Origin: Octopus vulgaris
Taxonomy: Eukaryota
DNA length: 64,000 nucleotides
Assembly: GCA_951406725.2 (NCBI GenBank)
Contig: OX597816.1
Location: forward strand, 90,582,001-90,646,000
Direction of reading: 5' to 3'
The notes beneath the pieces were generated by a model. That model saw only the letters and a list, made by a program, of their open reading frames with translations. It was not told the DNA's origin and did not search any database. The number at the start of each line of letters is the position of its first letter. The stretch's first letter is position 1. Position numbers and translations under genes: made by a program. Shown in pieces: positions 1-13,799 of this stretch.

Positions 1-332
1 ACATAAGCACAACTGCTTCGGTTGTCAAGCGATGGTGGGACAACAAACACGGTCACCCTCCCCCCCCCACACACACGCATATCCGACGGGCTTCTTTCAG
101 TCTCCGTCTACCAGATCCACTCACAAGGCTTTGATGGGCCTGAGGCTATAGTAGAAGTCACTTGCCCAAGGTTTCCCGCAATAGGACTAAATCTGGAACC
201 ATGTAGTTGGGAAACAAACTTTTTACTACACAGACATATTTCAATCTACAGAGAAACAGATACATTTTCCCTGTTTATATCTACTACTACTACAACAACT
301 ACTACTACTACAACTACTACAATATATATCTA

Positions 333-380
<48 letters not shown>

Positions 381-419
381 CACACACACGCACACAATTC
401 GATGATGAATTCTCACATC

Positions 420-1570
420 AATTCCCATGATAATGAGTTTTCATATCACGTGACTCGCACTTGTGGATAGGCATCTCTTCCCTAATAGCAGTGAGCAGAT
501 GTAGTGTGGGGACCAAGGAGGCTGGAGGTCTCCACTTTCACAGGCTCGACCACAAATCTGTCAAAGAGCCGTCTATACTTTAATATTTTTCCTTCTCGAC
601 TAGAGCAGCGAAGCTTGGACTGGTAGCCAAATACACCAGCATGTGACATCCTATTTCTTTATTACCCACAAGAGGCTAAACACAGAGAGGACAAACAAGG
701 ACAGACATAGGTATTAAGTCGATTACATCGACCCCAGTGCGTAACTGGTACTTAATTTATCGACCCCGAAAGGATGAAAGGCAAAGCCGACCTCGGCGGA
801 ATTTGAACTCACAACGTAACGCAGACGAAATATCGCTAAGCATTTCGCCCGGCGTGCTAACGTTTCTGCCAGCTCGCCGCCTGTGACATCCGTTATGAGG
901 GGCCTTTCATCGTCGAACGGGAAAATTATCATGCTGCCTGGCCTTATACAGTCTACGCTGTCCAGCCCCGCTGGCTTGAGCTGGTGTCTTGGCTATGTTT
1001 TATGATTTCTTTGAGAGTAATATGGCGTTGAATATGGCATGCACTATAATGGCATGACAATGGGTGGAAAGAATCTACAATGGATCCTCAGCTGTATTTG
1101 TGAGGCTCACAGATCCCGAAGCCAAGCCTCTATCCAGATGATTGTCAGTCGAGAGTAATGGTACTGTATTGAGCCAGATACCGCTGTGGAGCTGGAAGGC
1201 CGAGCAGAAACATACCAGACGGTGCTGGCCAAGAAGGCGCACCAGCCCGTCTGAGATCATGCTGCATTGGATGGTGTCCCTTTTTTTTTGGTGGGGGTGG
1301 GACAGGACATCCACAAAAAAGGAGAGGGAGATAAACGTCCACGAGGGAGGACGAGGCTGGCTCCATGTCGCGTAGGTCATCTCGTTCTCCCCGATCACAA
1401 TAAGTTCAGTTGTGTTGTGGAGAATTATGTTGGTAGTACATGGCAAGAGGTCACCGACTTGAAAAATACCGGCAGGGCCAGCGAGACCGGAGACCGGAGG
1501 CCGAGTCCACCATATCTGACGGGTAAAGTGGTCTGTTGCCACCCACTGTCGATAAAAACCGGACATTGCA
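420..1570 (-). mobile_element. Degenerate 3' part of a CRE-like non-LTR retrotransposon (restriction-like endonuclease region)
   Basis: GC-richer block. Peptides HSGIWLNTVP and MIIFPFDDERPLITDVT resemble the 'HSGAWLNAVP' and 'RPDG..IFPF..G.PL.WD.T' motifs of CRE/REL elements. Frameshifted and interrupted by a SINE. Confidence 0.6.
652..881 (-). mobile_element. Full-length tRNA-derived SINE (family A) with 10-bp TSD
   Basis: Head ggcggcgagctggcagaaacgttagc, B-box-like gagttcaaattcc, core cctttcatcctttcggggtcgat. TSD tgtgacatcc at 642-651 and 882-891. Confidence 0.9.
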
Positions 1571-1944
1571 TCTCAGTGGAGTTGGTAGACGGAAACTGAA
1601 ACTCTGTGTGTGTGTGTGTGTGTGTGTGAAAATGTGTGCGTGTGTATCTTTGTGTTTGTGTTGATCCCCACTACTGCTTGGTAACTGATGTTGGTTTCTT
1701 TTCGGCTCTGTAACTTAGCAGTTCGGCAAAAAGTGTCTGATAGAATAAGTACCAAATTGGGGTCGTTTGTTTGACTGGGTGTCGTTTGTTTGATTAAACC
1801 CTTCAAAATAGTACCCCAGCATGACCACAGTCTAATGACTGAAACAAGTAAAAGATAAAAGTGAATATTAAATAAGAATTTAAATAAATTAAATTTTAAC
1901 TAAAATCTTAAAGTTATGTAATAATAATAATAATAATCATAACA

Positions 1945-2562
1945 GTCCTTTCTACTATAGGCACAAGGCCTGAAATTTGTGGAGAGGGGGTTAGTCAATT
2001 ACATCGATCCTAGTGTTTCATTGGTATTTAATTTATCGACTCCGAAAAGGAAAGGCAAATTAAAACTCGGCGAAATTTAAACTCAGGACGTAGCAACGGG
2101 CGAAATACCTATTTCTTTATTTCCCACAAGGGGCTAAACACAGAGGGGACAAACAAGGACAGACAAACGGATTAAGTCGATAATATCGACCCCAGTGCGT
2201 AACTGGTACTTAATTTATCGACCCCGAAAGGATGAAAGGCAAAGTCGACCTCGACGGAATTTGAACTCAGAATGTAGCGACGGGCGAAATGCCGCTAAGC
2301 ATTTCGTCCAGCATGCTAACGATTCTGCCAGCTCACCGCCTTAATAATGATAATAATAATTATTTCTGCTATAGGTACAACGCCTGAAATTCTGGGGGAG
2401 GGGTAAGTCGATTACATCGACTCTAGTACTCAACTGGTACTTAATTTATCGACCCCGAAAGGATGAGAAGCTAAGTCGATCTCAGCGGAATTTGAACTCA
2501 GAACATAAAGACGGACAAAATGCGGCTAAGCATTATTGCGCGGCGTGCTAACGATTCTGCCA
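1945..2562 (-). mobile_element. Cluster of family A SINEs, including a 184-bp-period dimer
   Basis: Three SINE bodies. gaaat junction motif at 2102 and 2286. Confidence 0.85.
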
Positions 2563-2936
2563 AATAATAAATTTTTTTTTATATAATCTTGAATAAACCC
2601 GAATATCATAACATACGTTAAGGATTTCGCTTCTCCTATCTTGTATATATTCCACCTTAATAATTTTTTCTTTAACACTCTTACTCATCCTCTACCTCTT
2701 CATTTCTCTATTTTTCCTTCTTATCCATTCTTTTTTTCTCTCTTTCTCTCTGTCTCTATATACGCCAGTAAATTCTATCGACTATATATAAGTGAGCTGT
2801 CCAAGTTTTCAACAACCGCATTATTTCGTGTCCATGTCTGAAGACTTAAAAGTGGGAGACATCCTACATTTCTATACATATATGTACATTTCTATTATGA
2901 TTTTATTATATTTATATTGTTATTAATATCAATAAT

Positions 2937-3226
2937 TATCGGAATCGATAAAATAAGTACCAGTTGAACACTGGGATCAATGTAATCGACTGACCTCTCC
3001 TCCGAAATGACTGGCCTTGTACCAAAATTTGAAACCAGTATCGAAGCAGCGAGCTGGTAGAATCCGTAGCATGCTGGGAAAAATGCTTAGCGGCATTTCG
3101 TCCGTCTTTACGTTTTGAGTCCAAATTCCGCCAAGGTCGACTTTGCCTTTCTTTCTCTTCGGGGCCGATGTCATCAACTTCGACCCCACTCAAAATGTCT
3201 GACCCTGTGTCAAAATTTGAAACCAT
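2937..3226 (+). mobile_element. Two partial family A SINEs
   Basis: gtcgataaaataagtaccag-type core and gagctggtagaatccgtagc head. Confidence 0.8.
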
Positions 3227-4504
3227 TGTATTGTACTATATTTTATTTAGAGAGAGGCGAAGAAGTGCGAATGAATTTCATTATGCTATAGGTATCTATT
3301 TTATCGACTATTTATCGGCAGGAATGAAATAAAAAGATACGGTTGGATTTGAACTAAAAACAGTCTGATCCAATATATTCAGTGAAGTTTCTACTGCGGT
3401 GGTGTACAGTTACATCAATCTGAACCTATTAAGTTTCGTATTTTCTTCTGCATTATAGAAGACAAGATATATTAATGATGGCGCCTTTTCGAATGAGGGA
3501 TAACATCCCATAGAAAGTGAAACGGCTTTAAAAAGCAACTCGAAACTTTTTATTGTACGATACTTACATATGTCATATATATATTGATTACTTATCTTGA
3601 TTGAAGGCGGTTCTGAATTGAATGAAGTGGCCTTAGGTTATAACAAATACTTTTTATCGAATTTGGAGAGATGAAGGACAGAATGAGCCCCCTATTGGGT
3701 TTGAGATAATATTGATATTAAAATAATATTCTTATTCTCTTCAGGCGCTTCAATGAAACATTATACTCTTCCGTTATAGCTGTATAAACTAACACAATTT
3801 TAAGATTAGCAATACCATATGTTTCCAGATAATATTTTAAAATGTATTTTCGATCATCAAATCATAAAACCGTTACTTTTTCTAAAATCAGAAATTCAGT
3901 CAATTAATGGCAGTATTTTTTCTTATATGAAGAAAACCCGAAGTTCAGCCATGTAAAACAAAACAAAATTAAATAGAAACAAAATGTGTTGACTCTGTTC
4001 CCAGCTGTGTTGGGGCGACCATATGTGAGACTAGTATTTATATTATTACAGATTTACAGATCCTTGTGTGTATCGTTTTTAAAAAGCTTTTATAAACACA
4101 ATTTCAGTTCTCTTGGATATTTTTAGTTGCCTGTATGATTGTGCCCGATTGGTGAATTGATAAACAAACAGATACTTTTGTAATGGTAGGTGGGTATTTC
4201 TTTTAAGCAGTAGTGAAAGCCTTTTTAGGGATAATTTACAGCCAGAACAGTATTAGTAACAGAAACAATGCTTTGTCTTCTTTTCGTTTGGTTTTTAATG
4301 TTCATTGTATGTTGTGGATATTTACTCCGTGTGTTTAGGACGGTGAAGATATTGCCAATGATCAAACGCTGGACATTATCTATTTATCTTAAAGATAATA
4401 GATATGGTAGTTTATAATCACCAGACGTTGTTTTTAAGTTATTAAAAATTACACAAAATGCCACAGAAATTCCAATCAAGAACATGTTTTATTCTTATTT
4501 AATA

Positions 4505-5288
4505 CTGATTTAAAAATTTGACACAAGGCCAGCAATTTCGGGGAGTGAGTAAGTCGATTGCATCGACACCAGTATTCAACTGGCATTTATTCCGACTCCA
4601 GAAGGATGAACGGCAAAGTCGACCTCGGTGGAATTCAAACTCAGAACGTAAAGACGGACGAAATGCCGGCAGGCTAACGATTCTACCAGTTCGCTGCCTT
4701 ACATTCTTATTTAATATTGGTTTCAAATTTTGGCACAAGGCCAATAGTTATTTTGGGGGAGGGACCAAATCAATTAAATTGACCCCAGTACTCAACTGGT
4801 ACTTATTTTGTGAAAGGTAAAGTGAACTTCGGCGTAATTTGAACCCAGAACCTAAAGATGGACGAAATACCTGTTTCTTTACTACCCACAAGGGGCTAAA
4901 TACAGAGGGGACAAACAAGGACGGACAAGCGGATTAAGTCGATTACATCGACCCCAGTGCGTATCTGGTACTTATTTAATCGACCCCGAAAGGATGAAAG
5001 GCAAAGTCGACCTCGGCGGAATTTGAACTCAGAACGTAGCGGCAGACGAAATACCTATTTCTTTATTACCCACAGGGGGCTAAACACAGAGAGGACAAAC
5101 AAAGACAGACAAATATATTAAGTCGATTACATCGACCCCAGTGCGTAACTGGTACTTATTTAATCGACCCCAAAAGGATGAAAGGCAAAGTCGACCTCGG
5201 CGGAATTTGAACTCAGAACGTAGCGGCAGACGAAATACCGCTAAGCATTTCGCCCGGCGTGCTAACGTTTCTGCCAGCTCGCCGCCTT
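4505..5288 (-). mobile_element. Family A SINE array (single copy plus 184-bp-period trimer)
   Basis: gaaatac at 4864, 5048 and 5232; a single head ending at about 5288. Confidence 0.88.
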
Positions 5289-7435
5289 ATTAACTATTAA
5301 GGTAGTGGATGTGGCCTAGATAGTAGAGCAATGGAATCAATGTATCCGGGAATTTAGTCTCACTATCTTGCGTACTGAGTTTAATTTCTTGTAGGGTTGT
5401 TGACTTTCATCAAATTTAAACAAATCCAATCAATTATAACCCGTCTCTAAAAGCAAGTGTTATCGTGCCACTTTGTTAATTAATAATTAACTCTAAAAAG
5501 AACAACTGTGACTGCCTAGAGAGTAAACTGTCTGGAAAAAATGCATTAATACACAAATACATAATACCGACTCACCACCAGCGTGTGGCTAACAGTGAGT
5601 ACGCTTCTAAAAGCTGAAATGCATCTGGCGTTCCCGCTAGCTGCAGCTGGGATGAATTTTTGTCTTTCTCTGATATTCATTATGTTTTTAACATGGTACG
5701 TCCATAAGAGATGTTATCTCACGATAGATGCCGCAGTAACTGGTCTATCAACAATATGTATACATTAGGTGTGATACATAAATGGCTCTTGTTATTAAAT
5801 AATCTTTCAGCTGCGTATTGTTGTATTTCGGTATTTCGGGCTGGTCAATTATTCTTTTGGCAAAGTGCGTGTGTTTATTTAAAAAAAAAAAAAAAAAAAC
5901 AAAAAGAGCGTCCCGAAATACAAAAGTTGGCATAGTCGTTAGAAATTAGGATAAAATACCTTGTTGTATTTGTTACAGCTCTCAGAGTTCGAACCCGCTT
6001 AGGTCAACCTTACCTTTCGGTTAAAGGCCAGCAATTTTTGAAGGAGGAGTTGTTGACTAATTACATCGTTCCAGTACTTAATTGTATCTGGTTGAAAGAC
6101 AAAGTTGATTTTGTCAGGATTTCAGTTCAGAAGATAAATAACCGAAATCTAAAAATAATATGTCACTGTTTAACTATTTATAACTATTACATTATATTTA
6201 ACTATACGTAACAATTCAAATTCGCTCTCAAATGTTAAATATAAAAGTGGCAGACAATTATGATGACTCTCTTTGTAAACATTAAATTGTTTATTAATGA
6301 CTTTTTTCTTAAAAAACTTGATATAATTTAAAAGTTGCACCTTGCATAATCTAATCGTAGCTTAGTCTAATATTTGAGCTTTTATTTTACTAAAATGTTT
6401 GCGGGAATCCGAATTTTTTTCTTTTTTTGTATTGCACACAAATAGTTCTCAGCTTAAATTTCGAAAGCTAATTAAGATTAAGATCATGAAATTATTTGGT
6501 CCTGATTAATTTTCCTGTACCGTTTGATGGACACTAGTAGCAGAAGTAACGACAACGAAACTATTGAGTTAACGTGGGAACCTCTACAACAGCAGTTCCC
6601 ACCCAACCTTACGCCATCGTAACTTATTTTAGCAAAATCAATAATCTTTCACGGCTCTTTTTTTAAAAATATTTAAATAGTATGCAAACAACTTAAAAAA
6701 GAAACAACAACCATACATTAACCGTTGATATATTTCGATAAATATTCCTCAGTTTTTTTTTTTTTTTGTAAGTAATTAATATAGTATTGTAGTGCATATG
6801 TCTATCGCTTTTGGTAAAATACGTTCAGGAATGTTCTACATTTTACTAAATGTTTTACTAGTTTTTCAAAATTAGTAATTCAATGGCCGAAAACTACAGA
6901 TTTAGCGGTCACTCAATTTGCTAAAAGTAGCAGCTAAATTTCCCCTAGATCACATCTTATCGTTATACAGAGGAAGGTCACATTGGCTAATATAGTTCTA
7001 CAAGTACAAAAAGAAGACAAGGTAATTTCGAGGATGCTTTTACTCTATATATCTGCTCAGTCAGAGCTGACTTGGGTAAACAGCAACAACTAAACTGTTG
7101 TATGCTGTTGTGTTATATACGTACATTAGTTATTGCTTTCGATTTGACTAAGAATAATGAATTTCCTATATAACTGCCGAAAGGAAATAAATTCACCTTT
7201 TCTACTGTCAAAAACGTGCAATCTGAAATCTGGTCATTTTCCATTTACTACAAACAAAGTAGAATATTGTTGTTTCAAGCAACTCGCAAAAATAATCTTG
7301 ACAAAAGACGACAGAAAATTAAGAAGGTCCTCCTTACCATAAAAATTCAGTGACAGGCAAAACATTTATGAGGCATCATCAAAATACTGAAGAGAAAGAA
7401 ATCCTATGTAACCCCATATCATTATTACAAACCGG

Positions 7436-7645
7436 AAGGCGGCGAGCTGGCAGAAACATTAGCACACAGGGCACAATAATTAGATGCATTTCATCCGCCT
7501 CCATGTTCTGAGTTCATATTCTAACGAGGCCGACTTTGCCTTTCATCCTTTTGAGGTCGATAAAATAAGTACCAGTTGACTAAATGGGGTCAATAGACTT
7601 AACCCCTCCTTCGAAATTACTGGCCTTGTGCCAAAATTTGAAATC
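7436..7645 (+). mobile_element. Family A SINE
   Basis: aaggcggcgagctggcagaaac head through ccttgtgccaaaatttgaa tail. Confidence 0.85.
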
Positions 7646-7892
7646 ATTATTATAAGCCGGATATTAACAGTAATATCTATTTTTATCACTAATTTAACGG
7701 ACAGCTTATATCAAGATTGGTTGAAAAATAAAGAACAATGTTTTTCTTCATTGAAGAAATAAAATAAGTTGCTAAAAAGTTGGCAGACATAATGTTTGAT
7801 TACACACACGCGCACACACATAATGATCTAGATTAGGGACATGGCGGTATTAATAACCAGTTGTTAGAGCTCAATATACATATGTTTTAGAG

Positions 7893-10090
7893 CAGGAGTT
7901 TTAAACTCAAAGACGAAAAACCCATTATATCCTGGGGAGAAGCACAGACGGCCAAAAGTGAGACGAGGGGAGCGCGATTTCCACCAATAATAATGCTAAC
8001 CTGTAAAAGCGATAGGATGCTGTTTATTTATTCATCAAAATCAATACGCATATGACAGTAGGTGGGATATGTGAATTAATACAAAATGTAAATAAAAATA
8101 GTGTTATAATATTTATTTACTGATTTCGAACTATGTAAGTGAGGCTAAATTGAATTCTAATTACCTTCATTTGATTCCTATCAGTTCATGATGAAGATGA
8201 TTTCTAGCAACGTTTTGAAGTAATCACTGATTCTATGTTCAGCTTCAGATCATGTAAATTGGCCAGCCTCAATGCGGATTGTAGTTGTTCATCATTTAGT
8301 TTTGAGTGCAACACAGGTTTCTATATTTTCGTTATCGAGAAAAATTACTCACAAACATGTGTTTCCAAATGTGGTTAGATTTTGCAAAGATGAGGCAAGC
8401 AATTTGGGAAATATCTCACTTGGAAGAACTGGTAGAAATCAGGAACACCAACCTCTGCATATTTCTGCTTCAGTATGATATCACACTGAAGGTGCAGTAG
8501 ATCCATCTGAAATTCTTCTGAAACAGTATTAACATCCACGGTCAGTGGAATCGGAGAAATCATAAATTCCATCTGCATATTCTTTCAAGCACTCTGGTTC
8601 AACCCTCTCCAAGACCGTGAAGCAAGCTGAGTTCCAGCCTGCAAGCTGCTTTGCCCACAATAAAAGCTTACGCTTGAAAGACCTCACGTTGTCGTACATC
8701 ATTTTTATAACCTGCTTTGGGTCCTGGTGCTTCAAGTTTAGAACATTAAGATAGTCATTCAGATCAGTGAGGAATGCAAGCTTAGAGACGAAGATGGGAT
8801 CACTTAATTTAGGAGTATCATTTCATTTTATTGCCAAGAACAATCCAATTTCTTCTCTTAAAGTGAAAAAAGAAACCCAAACAAAGAAACAAAAAAAAAC
8901 ACCTCTTTAAAACATTCCCTCGATTGATCCCCCTTACTTCAGAATGGTACAAAGGCTTTCCATATTCAGCAGATAGAAAAGATACGAACTGTTGGTGCTT
9001 GAGAGTTCTTGCTTGTATAAAACTGATGGTTTTCACAACGACACCCTAATGTTTTCCGTCTGTAATCTTCCACTATACATTGCTTCATGATGCAGAATGT
9101 AATGGATAACAGAAATGGGCAAACTTAGATTGTTCAGCTTTTCTTTAAGAAGGCCTACTAAACCCACTTTTCAGAGCATATCGCTGGTGTACTATATGTA
9201 GCTACTGATAAGAATTTTATCTAATTCAATCCTACACGGTAAATGCAAATTTCAAGTTCACTAAATATATCTCGCCCCATCATTGTTCCATTCATAGGTA
9301 GTCAACCCAATAATTCTTCAGTAGCATTGAAGTTTTTGTCAATTCGTCTGATAAAGACAGAACAGTAAGTAGTACCTGTAATGCTTGTTCTTTCATCACA
9401 AAGATAGAAAATTAAAAACAAAAATTGAGCAATGGTAGCCAATTGCTGATATGAATTGTTTACTAAATTAGTAATACGGCTGGAAACAAAGTGGCAAGCT
9501 TATGCGTTTAAACATTTTCTTTTCTCTTGGGACACAGAATTTCACCAGCTTTTGAAAAACAATCTTTAATGAAATTAATTTCAGTAAATGGTTGTGATGA
9601 TTTCGCTAAGAGCAAAACTTGTTTCGGTATTTTCACTTGTTTTGTTCAAATTGGAAAAATGTTTTGTTGCTTCGAAAAAGCTGCCTGAAGTCGCTCTCTT
9701 TTCTTATCCTATCTTTCTAGCTAATGTGTTATATTAATCATTGTGTGTTGTTTCATAATGTCGCCTTATGTTATAACCTTTTCGTACAGCAATATTATGC
9801 AGACGTAAGGCGGTGTGCTAGCAAAACCGTAATCGCATCGGGCAAAATGCTTAGCGGCGGCATTTCGTTCGACTTTACGTTCTGAGTTCAAATTCTGCCA
9901 AGGTCGACTTTACCTATCATCTTTTCGGGGTCGATGCAACCGACTTATCCCTTCCCCTAAATTGCTGGCCCTGTACCAAAATTTGAAACCAATATTATGC
10001 AGACATATCAAGAATGTATTTTATCCTTTACATGTTACAAAATACAAATTTTCCCACTTTCCTTGAAAGCTTCGGTTCTCCTCGATAATA
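7893..10090 (-). mobile_element. Degenerate hAT transposon (Buster/SPIN/GTF2IRD2-like transposase pseudogene)
   Basis: Broken minus-strand peptides ENRSFQGKWENLYFV, KTISFIQARTLKHQQFVSFL..EYGKPLYHSEVRGINRGNVLKR, MYDNVRSFKRKLLLW and KYAEVGVPDFY. Possible terminus caggagttttaaact at 7893. Many stops and frameshifts. Confidence 0.85.
9805..9989 (+). mobile_element. Family A SINE inserted into the hAT transposase, 15-bp TSD
   Basis: caatattatgcagac at 9790-9804 and 9990-10004. Confidence 0.88.
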
Positions 10091-10104
10091 GTCCTTTTAT
10101 CTGA

Positions 10105-10445
10105 CGTCCCTTTTACTTGTTTCAGTCATTTGACTGTGACCATGCTGAAACACCGCCTTTTAGTCGAGCAAATCGACCCCAGGACTTATTCTTTGTAAGC
10201 CTAGTACTTATTCTATCGGTCTCTTTTGCCGAACCGCTAATTTATGGGGGCGTAAACACGCCAGCATCGGTTATCAAGCGATGTTGGGGTGACAAACACA
10301 GACACACACACACACACACACACACAAAGCTTTGGTCTGCCCGAGGCTATAATAGAAGATACTTGCCCAAGGTGCCACGCAGTAGGACTGAACCCGGAAC
10401 CATGTGGTTCGTAAGCAAGCTACTTACCTCACAGCCACTCCTCGT
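10105..10445 (-). mobile_element. tRNA-derived SINE (second family, with internal (TG)n); related fragments at 1-230, 1580-1860, 22340-22550 and 30010-30210
   Basis: Minus strand gagtggctgtgaggtaagtagcttgctt...ggttccgggttcagtcc head, and shared cggttcggcaaaagagaccgatagaataagtac core. Confidence 0.75.
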
Positions 10446-11287
10446 CGATATTTTATTTAAATTATTCTTCGGCGAAATTTCTCTTTATTTAATAATCTGC
10501 TCTCAAGCATTCTCTGTGGTTTTTCTATTTGTGAGTGTTTGATGTCTGTCATTCTTCTTTACACCAATATGAGTTGTCAAATCTATACTATCTCATATTA
10601 TGAAAAAAAAAAAAAGAATCTTCATGTTCTGTTGTGTGAGGTTGTATATCCCCTCAGTTACATTTCCTACCACAACAGGTCTTGAAACAAGCCACGTAAT
10701 TATATATGTATGAGCCAGCATTTCAGATTTAGCTAACGTTCTTGTTAAGAATTTTTTTTTTAAATGTGTATAAAATCAGTGTTTGATCTTGAAGTGAAAC
10801 AACTGAAATATTAAGGTATATTCTACCTTTTCCAGAGGAGACACATGGTCAGACCCTCACTGATCTTAAAAGTGATTGACTGCGTGTTTGCATTAGTATG
10901 GCAGATCAAACTCAATACTGCTGCTGCCGCTGCAAGGATTATGGATAGGGCGAGGGGAAAATTACCAAGTTTTAGGAAAGTATTGGTCACGAAAATGGTT
11001 CTGCTGTGGGTAATAGAAAAGTAGTTTACGGGTCTAAAAACGTTAGATGAGTACAGAGCGTAATAATAATTAAAGAATGACAAGAGAACAGGAGTAGCCT
11101 TCACTAGCTTATAGCTTATAGCTGTTTCTGTAGATCGAGCGACCGCATAGAAGTTCTTCAACACAAACACTCAACTCTCAGTACACTGAACTGTAAGCCA
11201 ATGAAGGTGATTACGTGACTCTTGTTCTCCTCATTCCTTAATATATGTGTGAGTGTATGTGTGCGTGTGTGTGTGCAAGTATGTGTG

Positions 11288-11546
11288 AAGGTGCGTGGGC
11301 CAGTGGTTTGGCAGTTGCACTAGATCGCAAGATCGTGGGTTCGATTCCCAGACTGGGTAGTGCGTTATGTTCTTGTGTAAAACACTTTATTTCATGTTGC
11401 TCCAGTGCCTCTTTCGACCTCGATCAGTGGGGAGTGGAATGTTGGCCTGTTCGCCTAGCCAGCGGGGTGGCGTTTTTAGAAAGCTAAAACGATGCAAAGG
11501 GCATTGTGACCAGCGATGTATAACAACATTTGATAGACTGGACCAT

Positions 11547-11552
<6 letters not shown>
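11288..11552 (+). mobile_element. tRNA-derived SINE (third group); related copies at 45565-45870, 47650-47870, 60590-60920 (+) and 14765-15012, 15792-16039, 22050-22325, 62240-62535 (-)
   Basis: ggcgcgtggc(t)cagtggtt A-box, ggttcgattcc B-box, and shared ttgagcaaaacacttcatttcacgttgctcc core. Confidence 0.75.
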
Positions 11553-11608
<56 letters not shown>

Positions 11609-12169
11609 GCATATACACCCGTGTGTGTGTGTGTGTTTGAATCTTATGTTTACGTTTAGTACTTCATATGTTATGTAACAACCGTAGAAATCGTTCCAAA
11701 CATATTTTGTTCCTTCTGAAGTTATGCTTTTTCAAGAAGTCTCTCTTACAAGCAAATGACAATAAGAGAACACACATATAAACATGCACATAGGGAACAA
11801 GCCATAAAGGGATACAATAGTCGATAATATTATCTACTCTTTAATATTATCTATTCAGGAATGGGTGTGTTTTTAAGAATTTCACTTCGCAAATACCATA
11901 GCCTCGGGTAAACCAAAACATTTTGAATGAAATTTGGTGGGCGGAAATTGTAGAAAACCGTGGGAGAAACCTTTTCTCTTCTTAGGTGGTAGACTTAATT
12001 CATTGCCCTGTTTTACACCACTACATGCTCTAAGCTGTTTTAATGGAGTTCACCCTCTTGAAAGCAGTCAGGTTAGGACTCCGGTCTGAAGATAACTTCC
12101 TCCTTTCTTTTTATAGATCACAGAGGCCATTAAAATAGTTATCAGTGCTGCTTCTTTGTTTGTTTGTTG

Positions 12170-12530
12170 AGCAACGCGGTCTTCGTCCCAGAGCTCGCAG
12201 TGGGAGAAGTCCAAAACGTGGTCCTTTGCTATTCGTAAGACCCGCAGAAGAGAAAGCAGGTCAACCTCCGACACCGAGAGCATCGACAGATGGATGAATG
12301 CGCATCCAGGCTCAGCGGTTGCGTAGGAAGTCGGGGACAAGAAACAGGAAGAAAGAGTAAGAGAAAGTTGGAGCGAAAGAGTACAACAGGGGTCGCCACC
12401 AGCCCCTGCCTCGTGGAGCTTTAGGTGTTTTCGCTCAATAAACACACACAACGTCCGGTCTGGGAATCGAAACCGCGATCCTCCGACCGCGAGTCCGCTG
12501 CTCTAACCACTGAGCCATTGCGCCTCCACT
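12170..12530 (-). mobile_element. tRNA-derived SINE; sister copy at 30265-30570 (+)
   Basis: ggcgcaatggctcagtggttagagcagcggactcgcggtcggaggatcgcggtttcgattccc head, and shared tttattgagcgaaaacacctaaagctccacgagg body. Confidence 0.8.
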
Positions 12531-12854
12531 ATCGGTGCTGTTCTTCCATCACTGATCAATATATTAAAATATCCTACTGTTTCGCACTGGCTTTGAGTAG
12601 TGGGATCACGCCGGTGAATAGTCATCAAGTGGCAGCCTGTTCAATACAACTGAACACCAACAGAATATTTTTCAAGTGTTATAAATTGATGCAGTTATTA
12701 TGTGAAGACAGTAAGGTTTTAAGATAAGTGAAATGTCAAATAGAAATTTTGTTACATCAGGAATAGTTTGCATGAGCTTCGTTATGGATAGTTTCACTTA
12801 CGGAGAATAAACTTCACGCTGTGACAAAGTATCAAAAAGAAAATTTTCACATGT

Positions 12855-13083
12855 TGGTTTCAAATTTTGGCACAAAGTTTAACAACTTTTTTGCTGGAGA
12901 GAGTGGTATAAATAAATCGATTACATCGACTCCCAGTGCTCAACTGGTGCTTATTTTACCGATTCTAAAAGGATGAAACGTAAAGTCGACCTGAGCGGAA
13001 CTTGAACCCTGAACGTAAAGGCTGACAAAATGACGGTAAGCATTTTGTCTGGCACATTAAAGATTCTACCAGCTTGCCACCTT
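12855..13083 (-). mobile_element. Family A SINE (diverged)
   Basis: Same core and head as the other family A copies. Confidence 0.8.
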
Positions 13084-13768
13084 AAGATAATTGTCACATA
13101 TTAATAAACGAAATAATTGCCGATTTCAAGACGATTTCTCGCTAAATACAGATTCTGAAATTGTAATCAATGTTGTTCAATATAACATGCTAATCCATTA
13201 TATAGATTTTTAACACAGGCAGCAAATTTTGAGTAAAAGTAGAGCCAATTACATCGATCTGAGTTATATGAGTACTCATTATTTTATCTTTCCCTGAGGA
13301 CGAAAAGGAAGGTGGTCCGTTGGGCATTTGATCTGAGACAGTCTAAATATTTCTTTGCGTCTGTCCCAAATCTGACACTCTACTACACTTTATTTTACAA
13401 GGGGTGAAAAATTAACCGAAGACAAAATTTTACTTTTCTCTCGAAATATAAATCCCTGTCAAGGATTGTAAATTTCAATTGCCTATTGTCATTTTTCTCT
13501 CGTTATGTTCCTTTTAACGTTAACCACACTTTGAAATTAAAATACTGATGCATCTGGAGGGCCGAATGTATAGAAACAACAAATTTTGATTGCATCATGC
13601 TTTTTGTATAGAATCATCTTTGGATATATTCTTTATGGGTATGTCACATGTATATACATGTATCTATTATGTATGAGTGTGAGTGTGCGTGTGTGTGTTT
13701 GTGTGTGTATGTACACATATACACATGTACAGAAACACAGAAACTCACACACTCATGCATACACTTGT

Positions 13769-13799
<31 letters not shown>

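Noticed and set aside
12455-12530. tRNA-like sequence
   Set aside because: It continues into a SINE body shared with 30265-30570 and has no proper acceptor stem, so it is a SINE head rather than a tRNA gene.
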